Shown: in pieces, positions 34,513-44,159 of the stretch
Layout of the letters: every line of letters starts with the position of its first letter
Numbering within the stretch: position 1 is the first letter of the stretch
Assembly: GCA_014800605.1 (NCBI GenBank)
Contig: JAAVFS010000122.1
Location: forward strand, 373-64,372
DNA: 64,000 bases
Origin: Bacteroidales bacterium
Lineage (GTDB): Bacteria; Bacteroidota; Bacteroidia; Bacteroidales; Muribaculaceae
Direction: 5' to 3'
Notes under the pieces: generated by a model
Seen by the model: the letters and a program-made list of their open reading frames with translations, nothing else
Databases searched by the model: none
Told to the model about the DNA's origin: nothing
Translations under genes and position numbers: made by a program

Positions 34513-34520
34513 TTTATGTA
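34513..34520. repeat. Target-site duplication TTTATGTA (right copy)
   Basis: Identical to 29738-29745. Confidence 0.85.
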
Positions 34521-34543
34521 TTATGGAGCATTGTGGTATGTGT

Positions 34544-34603
34544 AGCCGCTCCACGGCATTGACGGTTATTATATGTTATGGTAAGTAAAGCCGCTCCGCG
34601 GCT
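34544..34603 (+). repeat. REP-like units (AGCCGCTCCACGGC... and AGCCGCTCCGCGGCT)
   Basis: Two further copies of the GCCGCTCC(G/A)CGGC palindrome in direct orientation. Confidence 0.7.
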
Positions 34604-34742
34604 TGCGGTGGAGTGATATAGTAACCGGTTTGAGATTAATTGGCGAGATGGTAGCGAGGATGGTTGTTACTGCCCTATAGTATCAACATGACGACAATAT
34701 TATTATTGAAATTCGGGATGAGCCCGGGACGGGCTCTATTTT

Positions 34743-34812
34743 GTTAACCGCGGGTTCTTGTAACCCGCGGACAACCGAAACTCAACAACGAGTAGCCGCG
34801 GAGCGGCTTCAC
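34743..34812 (-). repeat. 70-nt REP-like unit A, inverted copy, abutting the 3' end of the Y1 transposase gene
   Basis: The reverse complement begins GTGAAGCCGCTCCGCGGCTA and ends GCGGTTAAC, exactly as at 29635-29704. It contains the hairpin CCGCGGGTT-CTTGT-AACCCGCGG. Confidence 0.75.
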
Positions 34813-34820
34813 ATACTGAA

Positions 34821-35264
34821 CTAAATCCAATCCTGTGGATGCCAGTCAACGCCATTAGCATTGGCTAACTCTTTAGTTCCCTCAGTAAACGCTACGCCGG
34901 AATGATGTTTTTCCTGATTGATTATATAGTTCATACACTTATTAAATTCCTTTCTACTAAGTGAAAATGCATAATATCCTCTGGCCCATCCATCAAAAAT
35001 TCTGAAGTCGGGGTGTTGTTTTATCCAGTAGCTGCTTGATTGTTTTATAGTCTTGACGAGATCAGCCATGGATATGGTCGGATCTATATCCACCAGCATG
35101 TGGTCGTGATCTTCCATGCCATTTATACGATGCAATCTGCAACCTTTAGCTTTTATGATACCGTGAATGTATGCAAAGAGGTCGCGCTTGGAGGTGGCTG
35201 GAATCGTGGCTGCTCGGTTGCGAGTGCAAAATACGATATGATGGAGTGAGAGGGTCTTGCTCAT
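34821..35264 (-). CDS. IS200-like Y1 (HUH) transposase without tnpB, REP-associated (RAYT-like)
   Basis: 147 aa. HHIVFCTRNR, HUH-type HDHMLV, GYYAFS (catalytic Tyr region), and YIINQEKHH. Flanked on its 3' side by REP-like palindromes. Confidence 0.8.
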   Translation of the reverse strand: MSKTLSLHHIVFCTRNRAATIPATSKRDLFAYIHGIIKAKGCRLHRINGMEDHDHMLVDIDPTISMADLVKTIKQSSSYWIKQHPDFRIFDGWARGYYAFSLSRKEFNKCMNYIINQEKHHSGVAFTEGTKELANANGVDWHPQDWI

Positions 35265-35278
35265 GGGGGTAGGAGGGA

Positions 35279-37561
35279 TCAGAAGGGGTAGCCGATAGCG
35301 AGGTGGAAGGCGAGAGAGTTTTTGAATGAGGTCATGTTGTAGTAGCCGGATTTGCCGGTGTCATACGGGGCATGGATGCCTACGCCGAGGTCGGCGCGGA
35401 GCACAAGCATCGAGATGTCGAAGCGGAGTCCGGCGCCTGTGCCGAGGGCGAGGTCGCGGAAGAAGGTGCTACCGCGGAGCTGGCCGCCGGGTCGTTGGGG
35501 ATCGTCCTTCAGGAGCCATACATTGCCTGAGTCGAGGAAGATGGCGCCATGGAGGGGGCCGACGATGGGGAAGCGGTACTCGACATTGAATTCAAATTTG
35601 AAAGTACCGGTCTGGTCGAAGTAGGCATCGACGGCATCTTCGGGTGCATGATAGGAGCCGGGGCCGATGGAGCGGACTGTGAAGGCGCGGATGGAGTTGG
35701 CGCCGCCGACATAGAACTGCTCGGCGTAGGGCACATGCGTCGAGTTGCCGTAGGCATGGGCTGCTCCGACGGCTACGCGGGAGACGAGGTGATTGTCGCC
35801 CCAGAGGCGGCGGTTGTAGACGAGCTGGGTCGTGCCTTTGACGAATTGCGAGAACGGGGTACCGAAGAGCTTTTTCTCGCCATGCTTGCCGGCGAGTTCG
35901 TAGATGCCCCAGAAGATGTTGCCGGCTTCCTGGGCTGTAAAGCTGAAGCTGATGGAGTTGTTGCGGTCGAAGCTGCGCTCATAGGCATAGGTGTACATCA
36001 TCTGGGGGATGAACTGCGAGCGGAAACTGAGGGCAATAGCGGGATTGGCAGCTGTGATGGAGTCAAAGTCGGCGGTGGTGTGGAGCAGCTTGGTGTAGGT
36101 CAGCTTGAAGGGGGTGAATGTGGTGTAGGCATGACGCGTGGCTTGCCACTCATAGGAGTATGAGAGGTTGAACTGCGCCATCTTGAAATAGTGGGGGCGA
36201 TTGAGGAGGTCGGCATTGAGGGAGATGCGCGTCCAGTTGAGTGCGCGACGGCTTCGTGGAATGAATTTGGGCGCTATAAGGCGGGGGAAGGCGAGCGATC
36301 CGGTCAGCCCGACTTCGTAGGAATTGAAGACGGATGAGTTTTTGCCGCCGGAGTTGCCGGTCTGCCATTCGTAGGAGCCGGTAGCTGAGATGCTGAGCTG
36401 TTCGCCACCGCCGAGGAGGTTGCGATTGGTGACGGAGACGGTGGCACCGGGGCCTATGTAGGAGTTGCTTTTGGAGGAGGCGTTGACTTCGACGGTAGCT
36501 TCGAGGGGGGTGTCGAGGGTGCAGTCGACCAGGACGTTGAGACGGTTGCCTCGCAGGGAGTCGGGGGTCACTGAGATGTCAATGCCATTGAAGATACCGA
36601 GGCGGGCCAGGTAGGTCTGGGTGCGGTCCATGTCGCGCACGCGGAAGACGCGGCCACGGCGGAATGTGATGCACTCGGGGATCAGCTTGCGGTTAACGCG
36701 CGAAGGCTGCATCTGGACGAGGGTGGCGCGCTGTAAGGGGATGGTGTCGAAGCTGGTCCCGGAGCCGTAGGGGCGGTTGATTTTGACGACGATGTCGCCT
36801 GTAGTCCAGCGGCGCATGGCGAGGGGGGGAGTGTTGTCGGCGATGTCGATCTTGAGAGCTATGGCGCCGCGGGTGATGAGTGAGTCGGCCAGATACTCGA
36901 TGTATTCGGGGCGGAAATAGTAGTAGCCGCGGTTGCGCAGGGTGTTGGCGATACGCACGCGGACATCCGAGAGGGAGTCGGTCGAGAATCGCACGCCCTC
37001 CTTGAGGTAGGGGTCGATGGTGGCGAGCGAGTCTATCAGATGGTAGATTGGCAGGGTGTCGGGGAGGAGCTCGATGCGATCGATGGGATAGGCCGGGCCG
37101 GGATTGATAGTATAGGTGATGGATGCTTTTTTCGGGTTTTTGGCGGGATTGAGGGTATAGGAGGCTGAGCCGCGGAAGTAGCCGTTGTTGTCGAGGAGCT
37201 CTTCGAGCATGTGGGTGCGGATCTCGGGGCGCACGTCGGAGACAAGGACAGGCTCTTTGGCGAGTTTTTCATAGATCCAGTGCTTGAAGCCTTTGGGAGG
37301 ATTGGGCCAGTTATTGTAGACCCAAAGGCCGAGCGGGAACGGGTAGCGCCACTTGAGCAGCTTGAAATAGTTGTTGGGAGCGACATCGACCACATCGCTC
37401 AGCTCCGATGCGAGCCCCTCGGCCAGGCGGGTGCTGTCGGTCGGAGCGTTGATCACAACTTTCCTTACGCCTGTATAGAGTTGCTCACCGTCGGGGATGC
37501 GTCGGGTGGTGGAGCAGGCTGCGAGAAGGAGGAGCAGGAGGATATATAGGTAGCGTCGCAT
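35279..37561 (-). CDS. BamA/TamA-family outer-membrane protein (lipoprotein form)
   Basis: Lipobox LLAAC|S, POTRA-like N-region, a 16-strand Omp85 barrel with VGGANSIRAF and a terminal ..LAIGYPF. It lies immediately downstream of tamB. Confidence 0.8.
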   Translation of the reverse strand: MRRYLYILLLLLLAACSTTRRIPDGEQLYTGVRKVVINAPTDSTRLAEGLASELSDVVDVAPNNYFKLLKWRYPFPLGLWVYNNWPNPPKGFKHWIYEKLAKEPVLVSDVRPEIRTHMLEELLDNNGYFRGSASYTLNPAKNPKKASITYTINPGPAYPIDRIELLPDTLPIYHLIDSLATIDPYLKEGVRFSTDSLSDVRVRIANTLRNRGYYYFRPEYIEYLADSLITRGAIALKIDIADNTPPLAMRRWTTGDIVVKINRPYGSGTSFDTIPLQRATLVQMQPSRVNRKLIPECITFRRGRVFRVRDMDRTQTYLARLGIFNGIDISVTPDSLRGNRLNVLVDCTLDTPLEATVEVNASSKSNSYIGPGATVSVTNRNLLGGGEQLSISATGSYEWQTGNSGGKNSSVFNSYEVGLTGSLAFPRLIAPKFIPRSRRALNWTRISLNADLLNRPHYFKMAQFNLSYSYEWQATRHAYTTFTPFKLTYTKLLHTTADFDSITAANPAIALSFRSQFIPQMMYTYAYERSFDRNNSISFSFTAQEAGNIFWGIYELAGKHGEKKLFGTPFSQFVKGTTQLVYNRRLWGDNHLVSRVAVGAAHAYGNSTHVPYAEQFYVGGANSIRAFTVRSIGPGSYHAPEDAVDAYFDQTGTFKFEFNVEYRFPIVGPLHGAIFLDSGNVWLLKDDPQRPGGQLRGSTFFRDLALGTGAGLRFDISMLVLRADLGVGIHAPYDTGKSGYYNMTSFKNSLAFHLAIGYPF

Positions 37562-37617
37562 AGCTTCGAGTGGGGAAGATGAATGGAGTGGAATTTATTA
37601 TATATAATAATGTGCAG

Positions 37618-40600
37618 TTACTTTTCTTCGGCCGGACTTTGGGCAGGGCTTTGGGCGGATTTTTCGGAAGCCTTTTCTGCCGTTTTTTCAGCCGCGGCGG
37701 CTTTCTCAGCTGCCTTTCGCGCTATTAGCTTGCGGAAATAGCTCATCGGGCGGAAGAGGTCGAGCATATTGCGCAGCTTCCGTTTATAGACGAAGCCGAC
37801 GCCGGTCTGCGTCACCTCGCCTTCGAGGATGCTCTCATAGCCTGTGTGGCGGAAGATCTTGACATACATCGAGCCGGAGGGGGTGATGTAGTATTCGAAT
37901 GAAATGTCGTTGATGAGATTTTGCGAGAGATTCTGGTTGGCATCGTCTTCGGTAGCATAGTTGCCTCCGACGGATATCTTGAATCGGTCGTTGAAGAGCG
38001 ATTTCGACATCTTGTAGCTATAGGAGGTAGCTGTCGAGGAGGCGCCGTCGACTGTCCGGTCATACTGGTCGATGCCGAATGAGAGGTCTACTCCCTTGAC
38101 GTGATTGGCTGCCCAGCTGTTGACCTGACTCTCAAGGAATGAGTAGAGCGGGTTGCCGCTCAGGCTTGAGGATGCCTTTGTGCCGGGGCCGGTGTATACG
38201 TTGTAGAGGAGGAGGTTCATGGCCTGGTTGGCGCGCTGTTCGGGGGTCATCGACTGCAGCTCGTTGGCTACGGTGATGTCGTCCTTGGTGGAGAGATCAA
38301 ACGACACGTCGACGTTGGAGAGGGTATTGTTGATGTTGAGTATGACGTCGAAGTTGATCAGACGCGAGTTTTGTCCCTCCTGCTCGACGTTGGCTTTGAG
38401 CACATCAATAGCCTTGAAGTGGATATAGGGGTCGGTCACGTCGCCCATGAATGATACATAGCTTCCCTCCTGGAATGCGAAGTTTTTCTCCGACATGAAC
38501 GGGGGAGAGTAGCGCACATATCCTTTGTTGACATTCAGTCGGCCGGTGAGGCGGGCGTCGTTCATGTAGTTTGACGTATAGTCAAGGGTGCCTGAGGGGT
38601 AGAGTTGGATGCGGTCTTTGCCATTGGCGGAGAGCTCGACATTTATGACGGAACCTTCCTGCAGGCGAAGTATGGCGTTTATGTTAGTCAGGAGTCCTGA
38701 GGTGGCTACGGAGTCGGCGTTCTCAGAGGCAACCGTGTCAGCAAAGTTGACGAACTTGACCACATCGCCTGTCGAGCGGGATGTGAGGTCGCCTGTACCG
38801 GATGATGCCGACATCAGGTAGGTGATGTTGGTATTGGAGAGGAGCGAGAGATCGGCGTTGATGTTCAGGCGGCTGAGTGTGCCGCGGATGCCGGCGGTCA
38901 GATTGATGAATGCGTTGCCGATGATCTGGACGCCACGCCCCTTCTTCGACTTGATAGCCTGCATCTCTTTGGCACTGGCCTGGAGGTCGATCTTGACATC
39001 TTTAAGGCTACGGGCATCGACGGTACCGTTGAAAAGCAGCGGATTTTTGTTGCCGCCGAGCAGAGCGAAGTTATCGATCTTGATGACATTGGAGTCTACC
39101 GGTATCTTGGCGTCGGAGAATGTGTATGTAGTGCCGATCATCGGTACTTCGACAGCGGTCGTGTCGAAGTCGAGATATCCGCTGAATATCGGCTGGCCGA
39201 GCGATCCGGTGATGTCCATCGTGCCGTTGAGGTTGCCGCTCAGGCGAGCCATGTCGGCAGGGAGGAATGGGTTGAGGACGGTCAGCGGGAAGTGGATCAT
39301 GCGAAAGTCAAGCAGGAAGGGATTGGCGGCTGTCGAGTCGTTGAGGTTGCCGACGGCCGTTATGGTCTTGATGCTGTCGACCATTAGGGTGACGGCGGCA
39401 TGGACGGTGCCGGCCTGATTGGTGTTGAGATCGAGATCGAGGTCGAAGGTGCCGACACGCTCCTTGCCGTAGACGAGGTCGTTGATGGCGACAAGGCCGT
39501 GGCCGCCGATAGAGGTGTCATCCCACCCGAAGCGCAGGTCAGTGGAGAGACTGCCGGAAATCGGCGGCGCGAAGGGATTGACGGAGATCCACTCCTGGAG
39601 CTTGATATTGTCGATGTCAAGGATGACATCCTCCTGGGTGGAGTCGTTGGCTTCGTGATGGTCGGTATATAGATGTATGGAGCTTTCGGAGCTCTTCATC
39701 AGCAGGTTGGCATCGAGATGCTTGTGAGGTATATTGATGGCTATGAAGTTGGAGTCATTGACCACCCAGTTCTTGTAGCCTATCTTTGGCTCACGCGGGA
39801 TGACGGTCAGAGACAGATGGTCGTCGATGTAGCACGCGTCGAGTCCCAGGTGATAGCCGGTCTGCCCCTGGATGTTCTGCTGGTCAAAGAGGATGGAGGC
39901 ATGGTCGGCATCGATCTCACCGGTCGCAGTCACCTGCGCCCACTGGTCGAGGGTGCCGGGGCGATTGCCTATATGGAGGTCGAAGAGGAGCTTGGCTGCC
40001 TCCTGATGAGCCGAGATGTCGATCGTGTCAACTACGGTCGAGCCGGTAGTGAAGCTGAGAAGCTGCCCGTCGAGCCTTATCAGCGAGTCGTTGTCGAGAT
40101 TCAGGCGTATGGTGGTGAAGTCCATGTCCTGATTCTGGAGGTAGCTGTTGACGACATTGTTCTCGCCTGCCTTGAATGAGAAGTGCATCGGAGGGATGGC
40201 GTGCTGGAGCGCTTCGACGTCGATCGAGTGCATCAGTGAGGCGGAGTCAAGCACAGCCGAAGTCTTATTTAGTCGTGCTGTCACGGAGTCGAGCGGCATG
40301 GGGAGAGTCAGCAGCGTGTGGAGATCGTGGTTGCTGATCTCGGCGCGGGTGATCGAGTCAGCGGTGGCGAAGTCGACGATCAGGTCGGTCGTAGTGATGC
40401 GGCTGCTGCTCATCAGCCAGTCGACCGAATTGATGTCGAGGCGGCCGTCGACCCCCATTCCGTGGCGGCGACGTACGGCCGGGATATAGGTGATGTCGCC
40501 ATCCATGTTGACGGAGCCTTTCATCACGGAGTCTGACAGGCCCATTTGCTGCAGGTCGAGGTTGGCTATGTCAGCGGCCAACTTCCAACGCAGAGTGTCG

Positions 40601-42456
40601 CCGGCGAGGTTGCCGGATGCGCGCAGGTCGAGTCTGGCCGAAGGGTTTGGCGAGGATGCGGTGATGGTGGCATTGCCATCGGCCACGTCGGCTGTCAACT
40701 TCAGATTGTGGTACAGGCGTGAGTTGTAGCCTACTTCGTCGATGTCGACGGTAGCTTTCACGGCTGTCTTGCGGCTGAAGAAGTCGTAGCCATGGCCATT
40801 GACGTCGATTGCTGTCGTCAGGCGACGCACACCGAGGTCGGGCATGAACGCATCGATGGGAAAGCTGTCAGTCTTGAGCTTGAGGTCATACCCTTCGCGG
40901 CGGGCTCTCCAGTCGGCATCGAGTGCCAGGCGTCCGCCTTGGGTGGTAGCGTCGAGGTTGCCGCTGATCAGTCCGGCATGCATTTTTACGCGCCCCTTGA
41001 GTGCAAGAGGTGGCACGGTCACACCGCCGCCGCCAAGGGCCGGCGCCAGGAACTTATTGTCATATACATTGCCGCTGAGGGTCAGCGCTCCCTCCATTCT
41101 GTCGATGTCGGTCGGGTCAGCTACAGCGCCGACGGCACTGATGCGGAAGCATTTCGGCATCTCGATGGCGAGGGAGTTGATGTCGATGATGTCATTGCGG
41201 CCGTCGACGTCGATGTCGATATCGAGCAGCCCGGAGTCTGGGATACCGGCCAGCATCGGGATCATCGAAGGTATGGCCATACGAATGTCGGCCGGGGCGA
41301 TGTATCCGCCGCCGACAGCTCGCAAGGGGGAGGGGAGGGCGGTAGCTGAGGAGAGCCCCATGACGGCATTGAGATCGAGGTGGCTGTAGGCCGTATTGAC
41401 TACGATGTCCTTGACCTCGATTGAGTCGGAATTCATTGCAAAGAGGCCCGAGAGCTCAAGGTCGAGGCCACACCGCTCATGGGCGGCGATGCGTCGGATC
41501 GGTACACGCATATCAGATCCGCGCGAGAAGAGTGAGTCGATTCGGATATCGACGTCGGTGACCTGCATATAGTTCATGTCAAGCCCCTCCATAGGTATTG
41601 CGCCACTCACGCCATAGAGCGCTTCCTTGGCAGTGATATCGATGTTGTCGACCTCGATATGCCACGGCATGCTTGCGACAGTGTCAGTCGGCAGGGTAGT
41701 TTCGGTAGTCGGAGCCTCGGTAGTTTCGGCGTCCTTTTCAGGGGTTAGGAAGGCGGCTGTGAGATTGCCTATTGCAAGTGAGCCGACAGCTACCTGCTGG
41801 GTGGGCATTGCTACGCTTACATTATGTATAGATGTGGTCGGCACGGTGACGCCGAGCGAGTCGATACTTTCATAAATTGACATCCGATATTTCAGGTCTG
41901 ATGCACTGATCTCTTTAATGCCGATATGCCAGGGGAGTGGTTCTGACTTGGTGGTATCGACAGTTGCCGTGTCGGGGCGTAGCTGCATGTTGATGTCAGG
42001 CGATACGAGCGTAAATTTCTTAATGTCAATGTCGTCGGAGCTCAGTCTGATTCGTGCGTCGGATATGTCGGCCTTCGCCAGAGCAGCACGGAGCCACATC
42101 GCAGAGTCCGGGTGCCCGAGGTTGAGGCGCGTATCAGCGATGCCGACGTGACTTACCTTGACCTCGCCTTTGATCAGAGGAAAGAGGGCAATATGAATTC
42201 TGGCCTCTCCCACATCGGCGAGGGTGTCACCTTTCTGCACGAAGGTTGCCCCTCTGACTGTAAGTCGCAGCGGAGGGGAAAGACGAAATTTCTCGACTGT
42301 CAGTTCGGTGTCAGGATCCTTGTTTACCTTTGAAATGACCGCCTTGACTATGAGATCTTGTGTGGGAGGGAAGTATAATGTAATCAGAACTAAGACGATA
42401 AGTCCTAATATTCCGAGAATAATTCTTAACAGCCAACGGCCGATTTTCTTAACCAT
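37618..42456 (-). CDS. tamB: Translocation and assembly module protein TamB (AsmA-like, DUF490-type C-terminus)
   Basis: 1612 aa. N-terminal TM anchor, a long beta-rich repetitive body, and pairing with the Omp85 gene. Ala/Lys/Glu/Ser low-complexity C-terminal tail. Confidence 0.8.
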   Translation of the reverse strand: MVKKIGRWLLRIILGILGLIVLVLITLYFPPTQDLIVKAVISKVNKDPDTELTVEKFRLSPPLRLTVRGATFVQKGDTLADVGEARIHIALFPLIKGEVKVSHVGIADTRLNLGHPDSAMWLRAALAKADISDARIRLSSDDIDIKKFTLVSPDINMQLRPDTATVDTTKSEPLPWHIGIKEISASDLKYRMSIYESIDSLGVTVPTTSIHNVSVAMPTQQVAVGSLAIGNLTAAFLTPEKDAETTEAPTTETTLPTDTVASMPWHIEVDNIDITAKEALYGVSGAIPMEGLDMNYMQVTDVDIRIDSLFSRGSDMRVPIRRIAAHERCGLDLELSGLFAMNSDSIEVKDIVVNTAYSHLDLNAVMGLSSATALPSPLRAVGGGYIAPADIRMAIPSMIPMLAGIPDSGLLDIDIDVDGRNDIIDINSLAIEMPKCFRISAVGAVADPTDIDRMEGALTLSGNVYDNKFLAPALGGGGVTVPPLALKGRVKMHAGLISGNLDATTQGGRLALDADWRARREGYDLKLKTDSFPIDAFMPDLGVRRLTTAIDVNGHGYDFFSRKTAVKATVDIDEVGYNSRLYHNLKLTADVADGNATITASSPNPSARLDLRASGNLAGDTLRWKLAADIANLDLQQMGLSDSVMKGSVNMDGDITYIPAVRRRHGMGVDGRLDINSVDWLMSSSRITTTDLIVDFATADSITRAEISNHDLHTLLTLPMPLDSVTARLNKTSAVLDSASLMHSIDVEALQHAIPPMHFSFKAGENNVVNSYLQNQDMDFTTIRLNLDNDSLIRLDGQLLSFTTGSTVVDTIDISAHQEAAKLLFDLHIGNRPGTLDQWAQVTATGEIDADHASILFDQQNIQGQTGYHLGLDACYIDDHLSLTVIPREPKIGYKNWVVNDSNFIAINIPHKHLDANLLMKSSESSIHLYTDHHEANDSTQEDVILDIDNIKLQEWISVNPFAPPISGSLSTDLRFGWDDTSIGGHGLVAINDLVYGKERVGTFDLDLDLNTNQAGTVHAAVTLMVDSIKTITAVGNLNDSTAANPFLLDFRMIHFPLTVLNPFLPADMARLSGNLNGTMDITGSLGQPIFSGYLDFDTTAVEVPMIGTTYTFSDAKIPVDSNVIKIDNFALLGGNKNPLLFNGTVDARSLKDVKIDLQASAKEMQAIKSKKGRGVQIIGNAFINLTAGIRGTLSRLNINADLSLLSNTNITYLMSASSGTGDLTSRSTGDVVKFVNFADTVASENADSVATSGLLTNINAILRLQEGSVINVELSANGKDRIQLYPSGTLDYTSNYMNDARLTGRLNVNKGYVRYSPPFMSEKNFAFQEGSYVSFMGDVTDPYIHFKAIDVLKANVEQEGQNSRLINFDVILNINNTLSNVDVSFDLSTKDDITVANELQSMTPEQRANQAMNLLLYNVYTGPGTKASSSLSGNPLYSFLESQVNSWAANHVKGVDLSFGIDQYDRTVDGASSTATSYSYKMSKSLFNDRFKISVGGNYATEDDANQNLSQNLINDISFEYYITPSGSMYVKIFRHTGYESILEGEVTQTGVGFVYKRKLRNMLDLFRPMSYFRKLIARKAAEKAAAAEKTAEKASEKSAQSPAQSPAEEK

Positions 42457-42515
42457 CCGAGCTCTCTTAATAGTTGAATTTATGTTTGAAACGACTCTAT
42501 ATTAGGTTTTGTTTG

Positions 42516-42523
42516 CAAAATTA
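42516..42523 (-). promoter_or_regulatory. Bacteroidota -7 box (TAATTTTG on the minus strand) for tamB
   Basis: TAnnTTTG about 60 nt upstream of ATG 42456. Confidence 0.4.
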
Positions 42524-42545
42524 GTCTTAGTCTTGAAAAAAATTG

Positions 42546-42553
42546 TAATTTTG
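42546..42553 (+). promoter_or_regulatory. Bacteroidota -7 box TAATTTTG for ilvE
   Basis: TAnnTTTG 20 nt upstream of ATG 42573. Confidence 0.45.
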
Positions 42554-42572
42554 TCGTCAAAATATAACTGCA

Positions 42573-43595
42573 ATGAAAGAAAATTTCGATTGGGCAACAC
42601 TTCCGTTTGGATATGTACCCACAGATTACAATGTACGTTGCACCTATCGCGACGGCAAATGGGGTGAAATCGAAGTGACATCTTCCGATAAAATCGAGAT
42701 CCACATGGCTGCTACTGCTCTGCACTATGGTCAGGAGATCTTTGAGGGTCTCAAGGCTTTCAGAGGTGCCGACGGCAAAGTGAGAGTCTTCCGTCTGGAA
42801 GAGAATGCCCGCCGCATCCGCGAGTCAGCTAAGGGACTTCTGATGGAGCCTGTGCCCGAAGAGATCTTCATCGAGATGGTCAAGAAAGTGGTAAAACTCA
42901 ATGAGCGCTTCATCCCTCCCTACGGCAGTGGTGCTTCGCTTTATATCCGCCCGCTTGAAATCGGTATGTCGGCACGCATCGGCGTGAAACCGGCCGACGA
43001 ATATCTGTTTATCATTATGGTGTCGCCTGTCGGTCCTTACTTCAAGGAGGGCTTCAAGCCTACCAATATTTGCATCATGCGCGACTATGACCGTGTGGCC
43101 CCTCGTGGCACAGGTCGCTGGAAGGTCGGCGGCAACTATGCAGCGAGCCTTACAGCCGGCGAACATGCTCATTCACTCGGATATTCGGCTGTGCTTTATC
43201 TCGACCCCAAAGAGAAGAAGTATCTCGACGAGTGCGGTCCGGCCAACTTCTTTGCTATCAAGGATGGTAAGTATATCACCCCGGCATCTGACTCGATCCT
43301 CCCCTCGATTACCAATATGTCGCTCCAGCAGCTTGCCAAGGATATGGGCATTGAGGTAGAGTCTCGCCACATCCCCGTCGAGGAGCTGTCTGAAATCCAG
43401 GAAGCAGGTGCCTGCGGTACCGCTGCCGTGATTTCTCCCGTAGCTGAGATTCACGACCTCGATCTCGACCTCCGGTACGTGATCTCACCCGACCGCACTG
43501 TCGGCCCGATCTCCAACGCTCTCTATGAGAAGCTTCGCGGCATCCAGCTTGGCGACGAGCCTGACACTCACGGCTGGAACACCATCATCGAGTAA
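42573..43595 (+). CDS. ilvE: Branched-chain amino acid aminotransferase
   Basis: Fold-type IV PLP enzyme pattern (ALHYGQEIFEGLKAFR, RPLEIG, GGNYAASL, ACGTAAVISPV). Confidence 0.9.
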   Translation: MKENFDWATLPFGYVPTDYNVRCTYRDGKWGEIEVTSSDKIEIHMAATALHYGQEIFEGLKAFRGADGKVRVFRLEENARRIRESAKGLLMEPVPEEIFIEMVKKVVKLNERFIPPYGSGASLYIRPLEIGMSARIGVKPADEYLFIIMVSPVGPYFKEGFKPTNICIMRDYDRVAPRGTGRWKVGGNYAASLTAGEHAHSLGYSAVLYLDPKEKKYLDECGPANFFAIKDGKYITPASDSILPSITNMSLQQLAKDMGIEVESRHIPVEELSEIQEAGACGTAAVISPVAEIHDLDLDLRYVISPDRTVGPISNALYEKLRGIQLGDEPDTHGWNTIIE

Positions 43596-43603
43596 ATCCC
43601 CGT

Positions 43604-44140
43604 ATGGACTATCAAAAAATTATTGACAAATATTATCCCGCAGGCACACCCCTGCGGGATATTTATATCCGCCACTGTCGGTCGGTGGCTGATCTGGCTC
43701 TTGAGATTGCTGACCGCAAGTCGCTGCTGCTTGACAAGGCCGATATCGAGGCTGCTGCTATGCTCCATGATATCGGTATATTCCTCACCGACGCGCCCGG
43801 CATCCACTGCCATGGGACGGAGCCATATATCTGCCACGGACTGCTCGGAGCCGCTCTTTTGCGTGCCGAAGGGGTGGATGAGGCGATAGCTGCCGTAGCC
43901 CGGCGACATACCGGTGCCGGAATCAATGCTGAGGATATTGCAGAGTTGTCGCTCCCGCTCCCGCCGGGCGACTATATGCCTGAGACACTGCTTGAGCGGC
44001 TGGTCTGCTATGCCGACAAGTTCTACTCCAAGAGCGGCGATATGCAGCGCAAACCTCTCGAAAAGGTGCGGGCATCTATGGCGCGACATAGCTCTGCCAC
44101 TCTCGAGCGCTTCGAGAATCTACACCGGGAGTTTTCTTAA
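43604..44140 (+). CDS. HD-domain phosphohydrolase
   Basis: HD motif (AAMLHDIGIF) and downstream His/Asp ligands (RRHTGAG, YADKF). Confidence 0.75.
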   Translation: MDYQKIIDKYYPAGTPLRDIYIRHCRSVADLALEIADRKSLLLDKADIEAAAMLHDIGIFLTDAPGIHCHGTEPYICHGLLGAALLRAEGVDEAIAAVARRHTGAGINAEDIAELSLPLPPGDYMPETLLERLVCYADKFYSKSGDMQRKPLEKVRASMARHSSATLERFENLHREFS

Positions 44141-44159
44141 CTGATTTTGCAGTTCGGTC

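Noticed and set aside
38822-41389. Series of 170-200-aa plus-strand ORFs
   Set aside because: All are antisense to the 1612-aa tamB gene. They have low-complexity Ser/Arg/Ala composition. They are shadow ORFs.
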